Assembly: GCA_050287845.1 (NCBI GenBank)
Contig: JBNKCR010000030.1
Location: forward strand, 27,019 to 91,018
Reading direction: 5' to 3'
DNA: 64,000 bases
From: Polyangia bacterium
GTDB lineage: Bacteria; Myxococcota_A; Polyangia; JAAYKL01
A model generated the notes under the pieces. The model searched no databases. It was not told where the DNA came from and saw only the letters and a program-made list of their open reading frames with translations. Of this stretch, positions 29,390 to 40,500 are shown piece after piece. Position numbers and translations under genes: made by a program. Position 1 is the first letter of the stretch. Each line of letters starts with the position of its first letter.

Positions 29390-30028
29390 TTAAAAAATTC
29401 GCTCCGGAACAAAAATAATATCACCGGGATTCAGAATGAAGTCCGGCCGCTTTCCTTCGCCGATTTCCTCCACCGGAAGCATAAAATTCTGTTTCTCACC
29501 ATTCGAAAGTCGGGTCACCATCGTGTTTTCGGTTTTGGCCATCGGCGTGAAACCACCGGCCAGAGAAATTGCCTGCACCACTCCCATGCCGTCCTGCCAT
29601 GGAAACGTCCCCGGTTTATTCACCTGGCCAAAAACAGACACCTTTTTACTGCTGTACTCTTTTACCAGAATAGACACCTGCGGTTGCTTGAGAAAATCGC
29701 CCTCTTTCAACCTGGTCTCAATCAAAGCCCGCACTTCATTTGGTGTGAGGCCGACAACCGATATTTGCCCAATCAAAGGAAAATCAATAGTGCCATCAGA
29801 GGCCACCCGATAGGTTGAACTCAGTTCTTTTTCATTGAAAACCCGCACATCAAAAACATCGCCGGTCCCCAGCGTTGTGTCCTGCACAGGCACCACATTC
29901 GTTACTGGGGCTGTGGTTTTCGGCTTCGTCTGGGTCAGCTGTCCGCATGTACAGGTCAGTAACGCCAACCCGCATAGAACCGTTGGTAGAAATACCCATC
30001 TGGTGAATCTGAATCCCACAGAAGACAT
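29390..30028 (-). CDS. Short OPX/Wza polysaccharide export protein (Poly_export + SLBB)
   Basis: LG.GD...V.VF, V..DG.I.FPLIG...V.G, V.V.GQV.KPG, AIS.AGG and L.PGD.I.VPE motifs; ends with no C-terminal OM helix. Confidence 0.9.
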   Translation of the reverse strand: MSSVGFRFTRWVFLPTVLCGLALLTCTCGQLTQTKPKTTAPVTNVVPVQDTTLGTGDVFDVRVFNEKELSSTYRVASDGTIDFPLIGQISVVGLTPNEVRALIETRLKEGDFLKQPQVSILVKEYSSKKVSVFGQVNKPGTFPWQDGMGVVQAISLAGGFTPMAKTENTMVTRLSNGEKQNFMLPVEEIGEGKRPDFILNPGDIIFVPERIF

Positions 30029-30041
30029 TGTACCCAATTTC

Positions 30042-31400
30042 CTAATAATGCCCACGTACGCCAACAAAAATTTCCAACTTAGAGAAAGCCGCGTATGTGA
30101 TCGTCGGTTCCGCCCCTGCACTGTTACTGGCCGGTTCATACAGATAGGAAAAATCTGTAACATCTTTCCACAATTTCAACGAGAGATGAAACGATAGCCA
30201 ATCCGACGCCCGGACCTCTCCCAGAAGACCGGCGCTAATCCAAATATCTTCGCGGTCTTCAGTGTTCGCTGTAGTTCTACCTTCAGACGATTCAATGACC
30301 CCCAAGTTATGGGAATAGATTCGTTTGTACACACTGCCATCCAGAGAAAGCTGCACTCTGCCGGCAAAAATTCGCTCAAAACTCAGATACCCGCCGTTCA
30401 TGACGTAGTAATTGGCGTAGAATGAATCAACAAAGTCCCGTTTGACACCAATCGTCGCGTGCGCTGAATGCCCGATGTACAGCATCAGCGCACCGTCACC
30501 GATCATTCCCTCGAAGTTCGGCCCATACTCATAGAAACCAGCGCCATACCCCACCAATGCCCGGAAACCGAATTTCTCCAGAATCAGGCCCTGTGCACCA
30601 ATCCAGCTACGAAGGGGGTAAGAATCCACATTCTGGGCGAGATTTCCAAAATAGACTGTTGGCCTGAACATCACATTTGATATTAACGCCGTTTTGGGCA
30701 AAATTTTCCAGCTCGTCAATACAGAAGCTTCATGGGAGAACCGATTTGAATTCACGCCGATTTGCTTATCGTCGAACACCAGCAAATCCAGTCTGTACTT
30801 CGGTTCGATTGTCAGAGTTCCTCCCCCTGGCATGAACCGCATCGAAACCATGGGAACAATGCTGTGTTTTCCCTGTGCGTCCGAAGCGCTCTCATAGGGT
30901 TCCAACGTTTTGATGTACGTCAGCCCACCGGAAAGGGATACCTTGCGCTCCGGATAAAGTGTGAAATTCAAGTGACTGTCAAAACCAAATGGATTGTATT
31001 TGCTGTTGAAATCCCGTATTTTCTCATCATCCCGTGCAAAATACCGATCGTAGAAAGTCGCAAGTCCAAATCTGAAAATCAGTTTCTGGGGCGCGGCGCC
31101 AACCGAATCGTCAATCGTTTGCATCCGTTGCACCGGCCTTGTGGCAATATCCAGATAAGGGGTAATCCGAAAACGACCTGCTGGAACCGGGTCATGGGAA
31201 TAGGTCGCATTGGAATCGAATCCGAGCTCTCCGCCAACGCCAAAATGGAGAACCAGCGATTTTCCCAATTTTACCCCGGGGCCTTCGCGGCTTTCCCGGT
31301 CAGCCAACCATAATTGAGCATCAGCTGTTTTAACGAATGTAAATAGGACAAGAATTGTCAGAATTCCGGGAATGAAAATACGCATACGTTTGATACCCAC
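30042..31400 (-). CDS. Outer-membrane beta-barrel, probable OPX partner (EpsX/Wzp-like)
   Basis: Signal peptide, G.DSN motif, alternating aromatic beta-strands, terminal Tyr; lies directly upstream of the OPX gene. Confidence 0.65.
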   Translation of the reverse strand: MGIKRMRIFIPGILTILVLFTFVKTADAQLWLADRESREGPGVKLGKSLVLHFGVGGELGFDSNATYSHDPVPAGRFRITPYLDIATRPVQRMQTIDDSVGAAPQKLIFRFGLATFYDRYFARDDEKIRDFNSKYNPFGFDSHLNFTLYPERKVSLSGGLTYIKTLEPYESASDAQGKHSIVPMVSMRFMPGGGTLTIEPKYRLDLLVFDDKQIGVNSNRFSHEASVLTSWKILPKTALISNVMFRPTVYFGNLAQNVDSYPLRSWIGAQGLILEKFGFRALVGYGAGFYEYGPNFEGMIGDGALMLYIGHSAHATIGVKRDFVDSFYANYYVMNGGYLSFERIFAGRVQLSLDGSVYKRIYSHNLGVIESSEGRTTANTEDREDIWISAGLLGEVRASDWLSFHLSLKLWKDVTDFSYLYEPASNSAGAEPTITYAAFSKLEIFVGVRGHY

Positions 31401-31450
31401 AATTATCGTAGTTGATGTTCATATCCCGAAAGCCGTGCATACGTATCCGT

Positions 31451-32038
31451 TTAACGAAATCCACTGGCTACAGTCGGTCGAACCGTCGGTTCAGGTGTAA
31501 AGATTTCCTGTTCTGGCGTCGTCGCCTCTTCAGTAGTAATTTCTTCACTCACACTTACTTCAGACTCTGTCGCCCCAATCACAATGTCACTGTTGCCAAC
31601 ACAGGTATCCGCCTGCACCCGAAGACCATTCAATTTGTTAAGACTCACCTGCACAATCACAAAATGATGTCTGGCCGCACCTGAATCCTGCGATTTCAAT
31701 GCAGAATGCAAAGAAATCATTCGCGATTCAATACTTTTCATCAGCGCCTGAATCTGAGTCAGTTTGTCGTCTATACAAAGGATTTTGACAGTATCCTTTT
31801 CTTTTCGAGCTGTTTCCATCATGGAACGAACAAATATTTCCACATACTTTGATTTTTCAATCTGCTGCTGAGAATAACTGAGCATCTGCTCTTCTGGAAT
31901 ATCATCGCGCATCTCAACAGTCGCATCGTTCTCATTCCGTTCACCGCCTTCGGCGCCAGAAACAATAGCACTGCCTGGTGCGATGCACAGGAAAACCGCA
32001 GCGAATAGTACCTTCTTCCATTTTTTTACACGATCCAT
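31451..32038 (-). CDS. Secreted helical hypothetical protein
   Basis: Signal peptide; ARKEKD.VK..C..DKL...A..C.G pattern; acidic, Pro-rich tail. Confidence 0.65.
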   Translation of the reverse strand: MDRVKKWKKVLFAAVFLCIAPGSAIVSGAEGGERNENDATVEMRDDIPEEQMLSYSQQQIEKSKYVEIFVRSMMETARKEKDTVKILCIDDKLTQIQALMKSIESRMISLHSALKSQDSGAARHHFVIVQVSLNKLNGLRVQADTCVGNSDIVIGATESEVSVSEEITTEEATTPEQEIFTPEPTVRPTVASGFR

Positions 32039-32337
32039 TTATACCTCTGCCATTTGTTCATATTCCAGATGAAAAATCAATTATATATCTCTTTACTAAC
32101 CAATTCTCCAAATCTTCCGTTACTGTTATTCATCAGATTCATCCGCGGGTCCCCCCGAAAGTCAAACACTTGCCAATAAATTGTAATGCGTAACGGTTTT
32201 GTACGCAATCGCCGACAATCATATCGTGTTATGCCATTAAGATACAGCACAATCGTATAATTCCGTAAATAGACATTTCCAGACAACTCACTGTTGCCTT
32301 TTCAGTTGGCAATAAAATTGATAATCGCTGTATCAGC

Positions 32338-33837
32338 TCAATTGGCGGGAGTAAAAAGGAAAGGATATTCAAATGTTACAGTACCACCTTCCGGTGGGGG
32401 GAATCTGAAGCGCAAAAACGCATTCGTTATGCAATCTGCCACTTCAGAATTCAATTGGTTCAGGGTGGGTCTGGCGGTGGTCACTTTGCCACTTCCGGAA
32501 ATGGTAAATCGAACAGTAATTTTTCCACTCAGTCCAGGGTCCCGCTTCAGTCCGCGTTCATAACAGCCTTTTATTGCGCCAATTCTCCTGTTAACGACCG
32601 AAGCAACATCCTTTGAACTCATCATACCTGTCCCCCCGGAGGCAGTAGGCGCCTTTTTTCTGACCGTTCCACGAATCGATTTCTCTTTGCCCGGCCCCTG
32701 TGTTTTCACTTCTTTATCGCCGCCTGCTGCTTTTACCTGCTCCACATCGGCGGCAGTCCCCTCTCCCTTACCTCCGGCGGGACCACTTAACCTGCCCTTT
32801 CCTTCTCCCTGGGCAACTCCTACGCCCTGAACCTGCTCAAGTAGTTCATCCTGATCAGCAGCCACATCTCCACCACTTAAAACATCGATAACCGCGCCCT
32901 CGCCGGAGCCACCGAGACTTGCCAGAATTTTATTAATCCCCTGTCGCGCCATTTGTTCGGCGAGCTCTGCTCTTTTTTCGGCTCTTTCTTTCGCCATCTC
33001 TTCAGCGCTCTTTTCCGGCTGATTCTCTTTATTCTGAGCTGGCTCTGTTTCCTTAACTTTTTTCTTTTCCTTTACCTTTTCTTTTTCCTTTTCCAGCTCC
33101 TTTTCACCTTCACCATCCTTCAGATCTTCACTTGTTTTCTCTTTTTCTTTTTCAAAAGTCGCAGAGGAAGCATTCAACAATGCCTGCAAATCCTGATATT
33201 TCTCAGCAAGCGTTTTTTCTGGCCATTCATTCAACTGGAAATAGAGGATAACACCGGAATGAAAGGATAATGAAAGAATGAAGCAGATGGTTATCACCAG
33301 CTCCACTCCCTGAAAAAGGGAGGCTCTGACAGCAGCGGGAAGTTGCGGTCGAGGTTGAATGGGCGGCGGCTCCACAAACTGAAACAGAACAGTAGTACTG
33401 CCAAGCACAATTTTCCCGCGACAGCTGTCATTCAGAAGGAGCTGATATCGGTCTCCCTTTTTCCTTACATTTTTAAGTCCAATTGTATCCTTCAGGTCAT
33501 ACAGCTTCCCCTTTATCGATATTTTCCCGGGAAGGTCTTTGGTGAAATTCAGAATATACGGCGAATTGCCGCCTTTGGACTCAAAAAGACACAGTCTGGA
33601 TACACTGACATCCTCCTGCGGAATGACGAACTGGTTCTTCTCAGAAGGACCAATAAACACACTCTCTCTTTTTCTGATGATCCGCTCTTCAACAATTTTG
33701 CCGTTGTTTACAATGCCAATACGAATGACCCTCGGAAGGCCTTTCACTCTCGACTTCGATTTGCCTTCTTGTCGATTGTTGGACGCCACTTTATATCTGG
33801 ATGAGTTGGAACGCGGTTTAGACTTGCTTTCGGCCAT
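32338..33837 (-). CDS. GltG/AgmX-PglI-like TonB-family energy transducer
   Basis: N-terminal FHA-like beta domain, one TM helix with S...H (LSLSFH), charged linker, C-terminal I..CYE..L...P.L.GK....F.I...G.V...C....FP.P.GG...YPF.F. Confidence 0.85.
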   Translation of the reverse strand: MAESKSKPRSNSSRYKVASNNRQEGKSKSRVKGLPRVIRIGIVNNGKIVEERIIRKRESVFIGPSEKNQFVIPQEDVSVSRLCLFESKGGNSPYILNFTKDLPGKISIKGKLYDLKDTIGLKNVRKKGDRYQLLLNDSCRGKIVLGSTTVLFQFVEPPPIQPRPQLPAAVRASLFQGVELVITICFILSLSFHSGVILYFQLNEWPEKTLAEKYQDLQALLNASSATFEKEKEKTSEDLKDGEGEKELEKEKEKVKEKKKVKETEPAQNKENQPEKSAEEMAKERAEKRAELAEQMARQGINKILASLGGSGEGAVIDVLSGGDVAADQDELLEQVQGVGVAQGEGKGRLSGPAGGKGEGTAADVEQVKAAGGDKEVKTQGPGKEKSIRGTVRKKAPTASGGTGMMSSKDVASVVNRRIGAIKGCYERGLKRDPGLSGKITVRFTISGSGKVTTARPTLNQLNSEVADCITNAFLRFRFPPPEGGTVTFEYPFLFTPAN

Positions 33838-33940
33838 CGATTAACTTTCCTGTAATTCAGAGAAGCAGACGACCTATTGACCCGGACAAATGGTCCCCTA
33901 TCCCCCGTACTTGAGACGGACCGTACAAAAATAATCCCAA

Positions 33941-34519
33941 TTATTCAATATTATATTTTGCGCCTTCAGCAGCAACAAATTTGAATTTTTCGAACTCCGC
34001 CTGACCGGCGGTGTAAAGCACTTCGGTCAGCAATCGATAACTGGTTTTACTGTCTGCAACGACCAGAGCCATTCCCTCGAACGGATTATTCGTCCTGGCG
34101 GCGAGCATTTTCAGGTGCTGGACTCTTTCCTTCAACGCATCCAATAACGGATTAATCAGCAGGCCATCCTGTCCATCGCGTTTCAGACTTTCATCCACCG
34201 CACCATCCCGAAGATCAGCAACTTTGTTGTCCTGTACCATTATGGCGCGTTTGGATATCGCGATAACAATGGCATCTTCAAGCCCTTTTTCTTCCTCGCT
34301 GGTTCGTGGAAGCATCAATTCGTCTGACTGACGAATTTGTACCGGGTCAGAACCAAAGCTCTTCATCAGGAAGCACAGGATGATGGTAAACGCATCCATG
34401 AGGGAGTTGATAAGTAATTTGTCTCTTTCAACTCTACGATTTCTGCGTTTTAATTTTTTGGCCTTCTGTTTTTCCTGCCAAATCGCATCAATATCAGCAG
34501 AACTTAGTCCTTGAGCCAT
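33941..34519 (-). CDS. ExbD/TolR-family protein (AglS-like)
   Basis: INSLMDAFTIILCFLMKS TM helix with Asp; AD....Y.LL.EVLYTAGQA. Confidence 0.88.
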   Translation of the reverse strand: MAQGLSSADIDAIWQEKQKAKKLKRRNRRVERDKLLINSLMDAFTIILCFLMKSFGSDPVQIRQSDELMLPRTSEEEKGLEDAIVIAISKRAIMVQDNKVADLRDGAVDESLKRDGQDGLLINPLLDALKERVQHLKMLAARTNNPFEGMALVVADSKTSYRLLTEVLYTAGQAEFEKFKFVAAEGAKYNIE

Positions 34520-34583
34520 GGAATTCCTCCCTGGAGAATCCGGATAATAGTCCCGGAGATTTCATCTTGGTAAAGCGTAAAAA

Positions 34584-35099
34584 TCAGACAACACCGCGTG
34601 TCAGGGTTACAATCGGGAACAACTGTGTCTCCACTTCCGATCCGCCACGCGAAAAGTCCATTGCTTTAATCAGAACTTCGTATGGAATATCGTCTTCCGC
34701 CCCCAGAATGATATTAACTTCTTCACGATGTAAATCTTTTAACTCTTTGAGTTTACGGTTGAACTCAGCATAATCCCAATCATCATCTTTTTTGGGAATA
34801 TCCGGACCAGCCGATGCAGTATCTGTTGCCTGTGACATCCACGGAAGCCTATGAACCGGATTCACCTTGAAATGAAACCCCTGATCCGTGATCATCACGG
34901 TCAGATTCAAGGCCTTATTATCTTCCGGCGGCTGTTGCGCCGGGGCCTGCGCAATTTTCGGTGCATTCACGTCCAGAGTCATAAACCGAACGAAAACCGC
35001 ACCGTACAGCAACAAAGGAATCAACATGCACACGAGGTTGAGAATTGGAATTAGAGGATCGCCCTCATATCCTTCTTCTACTCTTCTTGGCTTTCCCAT
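34584..35099 (-). CDS. ExbD/TolR-family protein (AglQ-like) with the TM Asp replaced by Asn
   Basis: IPILNLVCMLIPLLL TM helix; AE.DIPYE.LI..MD..R and LFP motifs. Confidence 0.85.
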   Translation of the reverse strand: MGKPRRVEEGYEGDPLIPILNLVCMLIPLLLYGAVFVRFMTLDVNAPKIAQAPAQQPPEDNKALNLTVMITDQGFHFKVNPVHRLPWMSQATDTASAGPDIPKKDDDWDYAEFNRKLKELKDLHREEVNIILGAEDDIPYEVLIKAMDFSRGGSEVETQLFPIVTLTRGVV

Positions 35100-35216
35100 A
35101 TCCTGTAGTCCTTCCTACAATTTATTCTCAGAATCTTATACTCGCCGGGAAGGATACGAAAGATTCGAATCCCTCCCCCATTCGCGAGTCATTCAAAATC
35201 AGAAACAAGAAACTTG

Positions 35217-35855
35217 TTATACACCACCAGCGCGATATCGAGAAACCAACAGATTCTCCAATTTCACCGAGTATTGATCAATCTCATTGAGAATCTTGGT
35301 GGTTACCGCTTGCAGGAACATTTGAGCGGTCATACAGGGAATAGCAACGATCAGACCGAACGCGGTAGTATTCATCGCAACAGAAATACCTTTTGCGAGA
35401 GCAGCCGCACGCTGATCAGGAGCAGCTGACTCAAGAGCGGAGAACGCCTGAATCAGACCCACAATCGTACCGAGAAGACCAAGCAGGGTTGCAACGTTCG
35501 CAACACCACCCAATGTGGGAGTCCGTTTCTGAACGATTGGAACAACCTCAAGAGTCGCTTCTTCAATCGCATTTGCAATCTCCAGCTCTCCTTTGTTGGC
35601 CCGGGTCAATCCAGCCTTGATTACCTTGGGCAAAGCAGCATTAGGTGCTGCGTTGCAAAGCTTGATAGCGCGATCGATGTTGTTCGCCATAACCAGCTTC
35701 TGAATCTGCCCCATGAAAGCATTGGCATTGATGTTGTACTTGAAAAAGAGGAAAATGAATCTTTCCACAATGATCCCAAGACCAACAACCGACGTGAAAG
35801 CAATAACATACATCCAGCCACCGCCACTATCAAACGCTTCTGCAATAGCCTGCAT
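35217..35855 (-). CDS. MotA/TolQ/ExbB proton-channel protein (AglR-like)
   Basis: GG.WM, ERF, ANVATLLGLLGTI.GLI..F and GIS.AMNTTAFGL.VAIP motifs; AGGAGG RBS. Confidence 0.93.
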   Translation of the reverse strand: MQAIAEAFDSGGGWMYVIAFTSVVGLGIIVERFIFLFFKYNINANAFMGQIQKLVMANNIDRAIKLCNAAPNAALPKVIKAGLTRANKGELEIANAIEEATLEVVPIVQKRTPTLGGVANVATLLGLLGTIVGLIQAFSALESAAPDQRAAALAKGISVAMNTTAFGLIVAIPCMTAQMFLQAVTTKILNEIDQYSVKLENLLVSRYRAGGV

Positions 35856-35972
35856 CCTAAATCCTCCTTAGAGTAATGCCCGCTTCTGGGGCTGTAATAA
35901 AAACCCTGTTTAGTGGTTCTACAAATAACAAAATTCCCTGCATTTAGCTACAGTATTTGTTAAGTGAACAGG

Positions 35973-36002
35973 AGAATAGCACATGCGTTTTCCTTTCAAC
36001 AA
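35973..36002 (-). promoter_or_regulatory. Extended -10 sigma70-type promoter for the motor genes
   Basis: TTGTTG-18 nt-TATTCT with a TGn extension, on the minus strand. Confidence 0.45.
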
Positions 36003-36134
36003 GAGAAATCTGGTGCCATTTTTCGTTTTTAGAAAAAAAAAAAAACTTTTTTTCCGTTTAATCGGAAAAATTACTAATGCACTTAAACTAATATAAAATG
36101 TTGGAAAATACCGGAAGAAGTCGCCTCGAAGAAT

Positions 36135-37520
36135 CTATTCCCATCCATCATCGCCCGCACTTTCCGGCTCATCTTCAGCACCTGCGGCTCCGGCATCACC
36201 GCTATTCTGTTCAGGCGTTGATTTGTGTGCAGCTCTCTGTTTCTCACGCTCTGCAGCCTCTTTTTGCCGTTGTACTCGAATCTGTTCCCGTTCGATCATT
36301 AAATCGAGCTCTTTTATATATTTGAATACTTCATCGTTCTGAGATAATGCTGCGCCCACCCGAGTCTTGTATTCAGAAAACAGACTTCTGGATTTTTTCA
36401 GTCGTGCAATGCGAGACAGGCCATTCAGATTGTCGGCAGTGTAATACAGTATCGCCATATCAAAAGTCACAGCAGGTGAATTCGGCAACATTTTCCCAGC
36501 CCGATTCAGTGCCGCCAGCGCCATTTTCCATTTTCCCGCACCTCTCAGCGCATTACCGTAGTTCAGATAGAGCACCCCCCAGGATGGCGTTATCTGAATG
36601 GCGCGCCGGAATAACTGTATCGCGTCATTATAGTTTCCAGCCAGCATGTATTCAAGGGCCAGATTGTTCAAAGCCTCCGGATAAAATGGATTCAGCGAGA
36701 CCGCCTTTTCGAACTTTTTTATAGCCAGAATCCGGAATCCCTTTTTCAATTCCAGCAATCCGATGAGAAAATGAACCTCTGCAATATTTTCATTTATGGA
36801 CAAAACCTGGTTAAAAATGGATTCAGCCAGTTCCAATCGTCCCATTTTAAGATTCGCTTTACCAATCTGAAGCATTGCACCGGCATGACGTTCATCAATG
36901 CGAAGCGCCTTTTTCGCCACTCGAATTGAATCATCATATTTCTGCACCATGGTAAGAATATTTGCATAAAGCACCAGGATGTCCACATTGGCGCCGTAGC
37001 GTTCAGCTGCGGTACGAACCAGCTGTACAGCATCATCCCTCTTTTCATAACGAACCAGAAGTTTGACCGCGGCCGACAACGCGGGCAGATAATCGCCTTT
37101 TCGTTGAATGGATTGCCGGTAATACGCCAACGCTTTTAAATCTGCGCCTCTGCGCTCGTATACAACCCCCTGATTGTAATATGGCTGTGGCGCGTTCGGG
37201 TCCGTTTGAATCGCCTTTTGAAATGCACGAGCCGCCTGATCCAGACGGCCATTCGCACCATCCGTTACCCCTGCATCGAAAAACTGCTTTCCATTGGGGG
37301 ACAGTTTCAGTGGGTCTCGGGCCTGATTTTTTTTCGATACAGAATCTGTGCTGTCATCACCGGAACCGCCAATATCGCTCCCCTCATCCGGCGTTTTCCG
37401 GAGACTGCTTCCGGGAGCGGGCATTGCACCACATGCAGCAATAAAAACCACCAATACACAGTGACACCAGAATCCCCATCGTCTTGCCGAGCTCAATTGC
37501 CACCTCCTGCAGCTGCCCAC
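36135..37520 (-). CDS. TPR lipoprotein (GltE/AglT-like)
   Basis: Lipobox IAAC, tandem TPR repeats, coiled-coil and acidic tail. Confidence 0.8.
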   Translation of the reverse strand: MGSCRRWQLSSARRWGFWCHCVLVVFIAACGAMPAPGSSLRKTPDEGSDIGGSGDDSTDSVSKKNQARDPLKLSPNGKQFFDAGVTDGANGRLDQAARAFQKAIQTDPNAPQPYYNQGVVYERRGADLKALAYYRQSIQRKGDYLPALSAAVKLLVRYEKRDDAVQLVRTAAERYGANVDILVLYANILTMVQKYDDSIRVAKKALRIDERHAGAMLQIGKANLKMGRLELAESIFNQVLSINENIAEVHFLIGLLELKKGFRILAIKKFEKAVSLNPFYPEALNNLALEYMLAGNYNDAIQLFRRAIQITPSWGVLYLNYGNALRGAGKWKMALAALNRAGKMLPNSPAVTFDMAILYYTADNLNGLSRIARLKKSRSLFSEYKTRVGAALSQNDEVFKYIKELDLMIEREQIRVQRQKEAAEREKQRAAHKSTPEQNSGDAGAAGAEDEPESAGDDGWE

Positions 37521-40500
37521 GGTGGCACCGTCAGCGTATCCGTTCCCATGATCGTGAGACCGTTATGCTGCCGGGGAAAATTCTCGGGATCATAGGCATT
37601 CATGCGTTCAAGAGCCAGAAGACTCCATTTGTTGCTGAGATTGCCGGTTCTGGCCATTTTAATGGCAATTTTATATTCACTGAGGGCGCGTTCCTCCATT
37701 TTGCTCACGTGCTGTTCCATGGCCATCTTGAATTTATCTTCATATTCAACCATCACCAGCTCCCGGTCCTCGGGAGGCAGCATTTTCAATTGCTTCTGTA
37801 AAGCCGCATCCAGGGGGGGTGGAGGAATATTCAGAATCGCTTTGGCAAGCACTTCGTATGCATACCCGACACGATAGGCGGCCGCCAGAGACCAGACCGG
37901 TCTTCGATACGCCTGCACTGATTTGTATCGGTTTTCAAACTCTTTCACCTGCTTTGCACCACTGGCAATTTTCATTTCAATCTGTTTCAGCGTTCCGGAG
38001 ATTGAAAAAGACTCGAAGCGTTTCATATCTGCTTCAATCTGGAGAAATTGACTTTCTGCCGCGTATTCCGCTGACATAGACCCAGCTTTGTTGTCATATT
38101 CGTTATAAAACGCAATGACCCGTTCCCTGGCCGATTTTTCATCTCGAATCTTCTTCCGCGCCCCATATGCCTGGGCAATCCGATAGGCTGCCTTCACCAG
38201 AAACGGTCCGGCCTTACTATCGTTCCGGTAACTGTGGATGAAGTCCTCAAACAGCTGTACAGATTGTCGATACGATTTGGCGCGAAATGCCATATCCGCC
38301 GCATTGAACGCTGCCTCGATTCTCATTTCCGGGTCTTCCGTCTGTATAGCGTATTGTTTCCAGTATCCGGTGGCTTTCGAATAGTCCTGAAGATTGGTCA
38401 GAATGAGCGCGGTATTCAACACCGCATCATTTCGATATTCCGAATCCTGAAATCGCTGTTCGTCAGCAAGAATCCGATAGGTTCTGAGCGCCGTATCGTA
38501 TTCGAAAAACGCGTTGGCCGAAAACGCCTGCTTAAAAAGACATTTGTCCACCCATCTGCTCTGGGGATACTCATCCACGATTCGGCCATACAGCTCCATC
38601 GCCGTTTTGTTGCGCTGTGCATTCTCGTATGCAAGGGCCGCATTATGCAACGCCGCATCTGCACCGGGATGCCCAGGTGCTCTGCCCACAGCGGCAACGA
38701 GCTGCTCTCCGGCGCTGGTACAGACCGCTGCGTTTTTACTGTCCACACAGGACTTGAATTCATTCATGGCCCGCTGCATCGCCACATCCCCAAGCAACGT
38801 GTCCAGGGCCAATCCTTCATCGTCTTTAATGCCCAGGCCTTCCCCGCATTTATTCTGCTGCTCCAGCAGAATAAGTTGTTCCTTCAGATTCAAATCCTGC
38901 AGTTCCGATGCCATGTTCAACAGCGTTTTCCAGCTGAATACGGCAATTTCATCCTTGCGGCAGTACTTGTCGTAAATGTCGAAATATCGTTTTCTGGCTT
39001 CATCCCAATAGCCGTAACGATAAAAGTTCTGCGCACTCTGATATTCAAATGTACCGGCGTCCTTCGCCGTGGTCTCCGTATCCGCAAACGTCTCCCTTTC
39101 CCGCATCAATTCCACAATAAGTGATGGCAGCAAAATCTGTTTGGGAAGCGGTGGTTCGCCAACCATTTCAGGGGGTTTGTCCCGAAGCACCAGTTGCCCT
39201 TTCCGGGTTTTTTCCTCAATAAGCCGTTCGAGGGAAATGATCACCATCCGTGATGCGTCTTCGCGGTATCTGTCATCGAGATTGGAATCCCGAACCCGTC
39301 GGTACTCTTCGCGCGCCTCCGCATAACGACCGGACCAGAACAGCGCATCGGCCAATTGGTACATTAAATCGTAGGCGTCGGGTACATCCGGATTCTGTGA
39401 AAGAAATTTGCGATAGGCATCCGCCGCCAGGGCATACTCTTCGAGAGCGAACTGCATCACCTCTCTGTCACCGGAAGCCTTTGCCTGTGCCTTGAGCGCC
39501 TGCGCCTGCTGATGGTGCAGCAGAGCCGCGTTGCTCAATGCGTCTTTGGCCATATCCTCCACTTTGGCCTGTATTTCCGGATGGTCCATATTCGCATTCC
39601 ACCACGCGGTGCCGCGGCCGAACCGATCCAGCTTACTGCGCTCTGCCAGCTCATTGTCGAACTGTCGTTGCTTATGATACGAATTGGCAATTTTGTCCCG
39701 GACGAACGGCGCATCTTTGTCGAGAGGCCATCTCTTCAGCACCAGATCCCAGATTTTCACCGCATCGTCGTGGCGTTCATTGTCCGCGAAAATATCTCCC
39801 AATCGGATGTATACCTCCCGGGTCCAGACCCGGTCCTGGGGCATCAGATGCGGATCCTGAATACGCTGGAATGGCGTTTTTTTATCCGGCGAATTATCCA
39901 GGTTCCAGTCATCGGTAAAAAAGCAGACCGCCAGATACTGAATGGCCTCCGGTCGCATACTGGAATTTTGAACATTCTTGCGGTCGGAATAATCCACCAC
40001 CTTCGAGAAGGTCTCAATGGCCTCGGGATATTTGTCGGCCTTATAGTAACTCCAGGCGAGTTTGTACAACCCCTTGTCATAAAACCGATGGGTTTCGTCT
40101 GTGGCTAATTTCTCATATGCGGCTATGGCCGTCTCCACACCAAACCGGGATGTGTCGTAATCAAAATGATAGTTGCCAATCAGCCACCAGCTCTCAAAAA
40201 AGAAACGGCTATTGGTCACCACCGGTTGACATTCCGCATACGGGTTTTCAAAATGACCGCCTTCCGCCGGAGACTGCGCAACCATCAGGGACGCGGACGG
40301 ATTGTCCGGCAATGGCTGTTTCGCCTCGCGGGCAGCGGCAATGGCTGCGGCATCATATTGAAATTTATTGGGGCACACCAGATTGAGCCACGCAAGACGC
40401 GCTTCCTCCTCCAACCCCGTTTCCTTCAGACAATATCCGAGAAGATAATAGGCGCCGTCAATGTTCTCATAGGTCGGGTATCGTTCCACCAACTGTTCGA

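Noticed and set aside
35161..35185. TTCGAATCCC resembling a tRNA T-arm
   Set aside because: No cloverleaf or acceptor stem; the sequence is explained as one arm of an intercistronic hairpin.
36004..36018. TGGCAC-N5-TTCT as a sigma54 promoter on the minus strand
   Set aside because: The essential -12 GC is missing.
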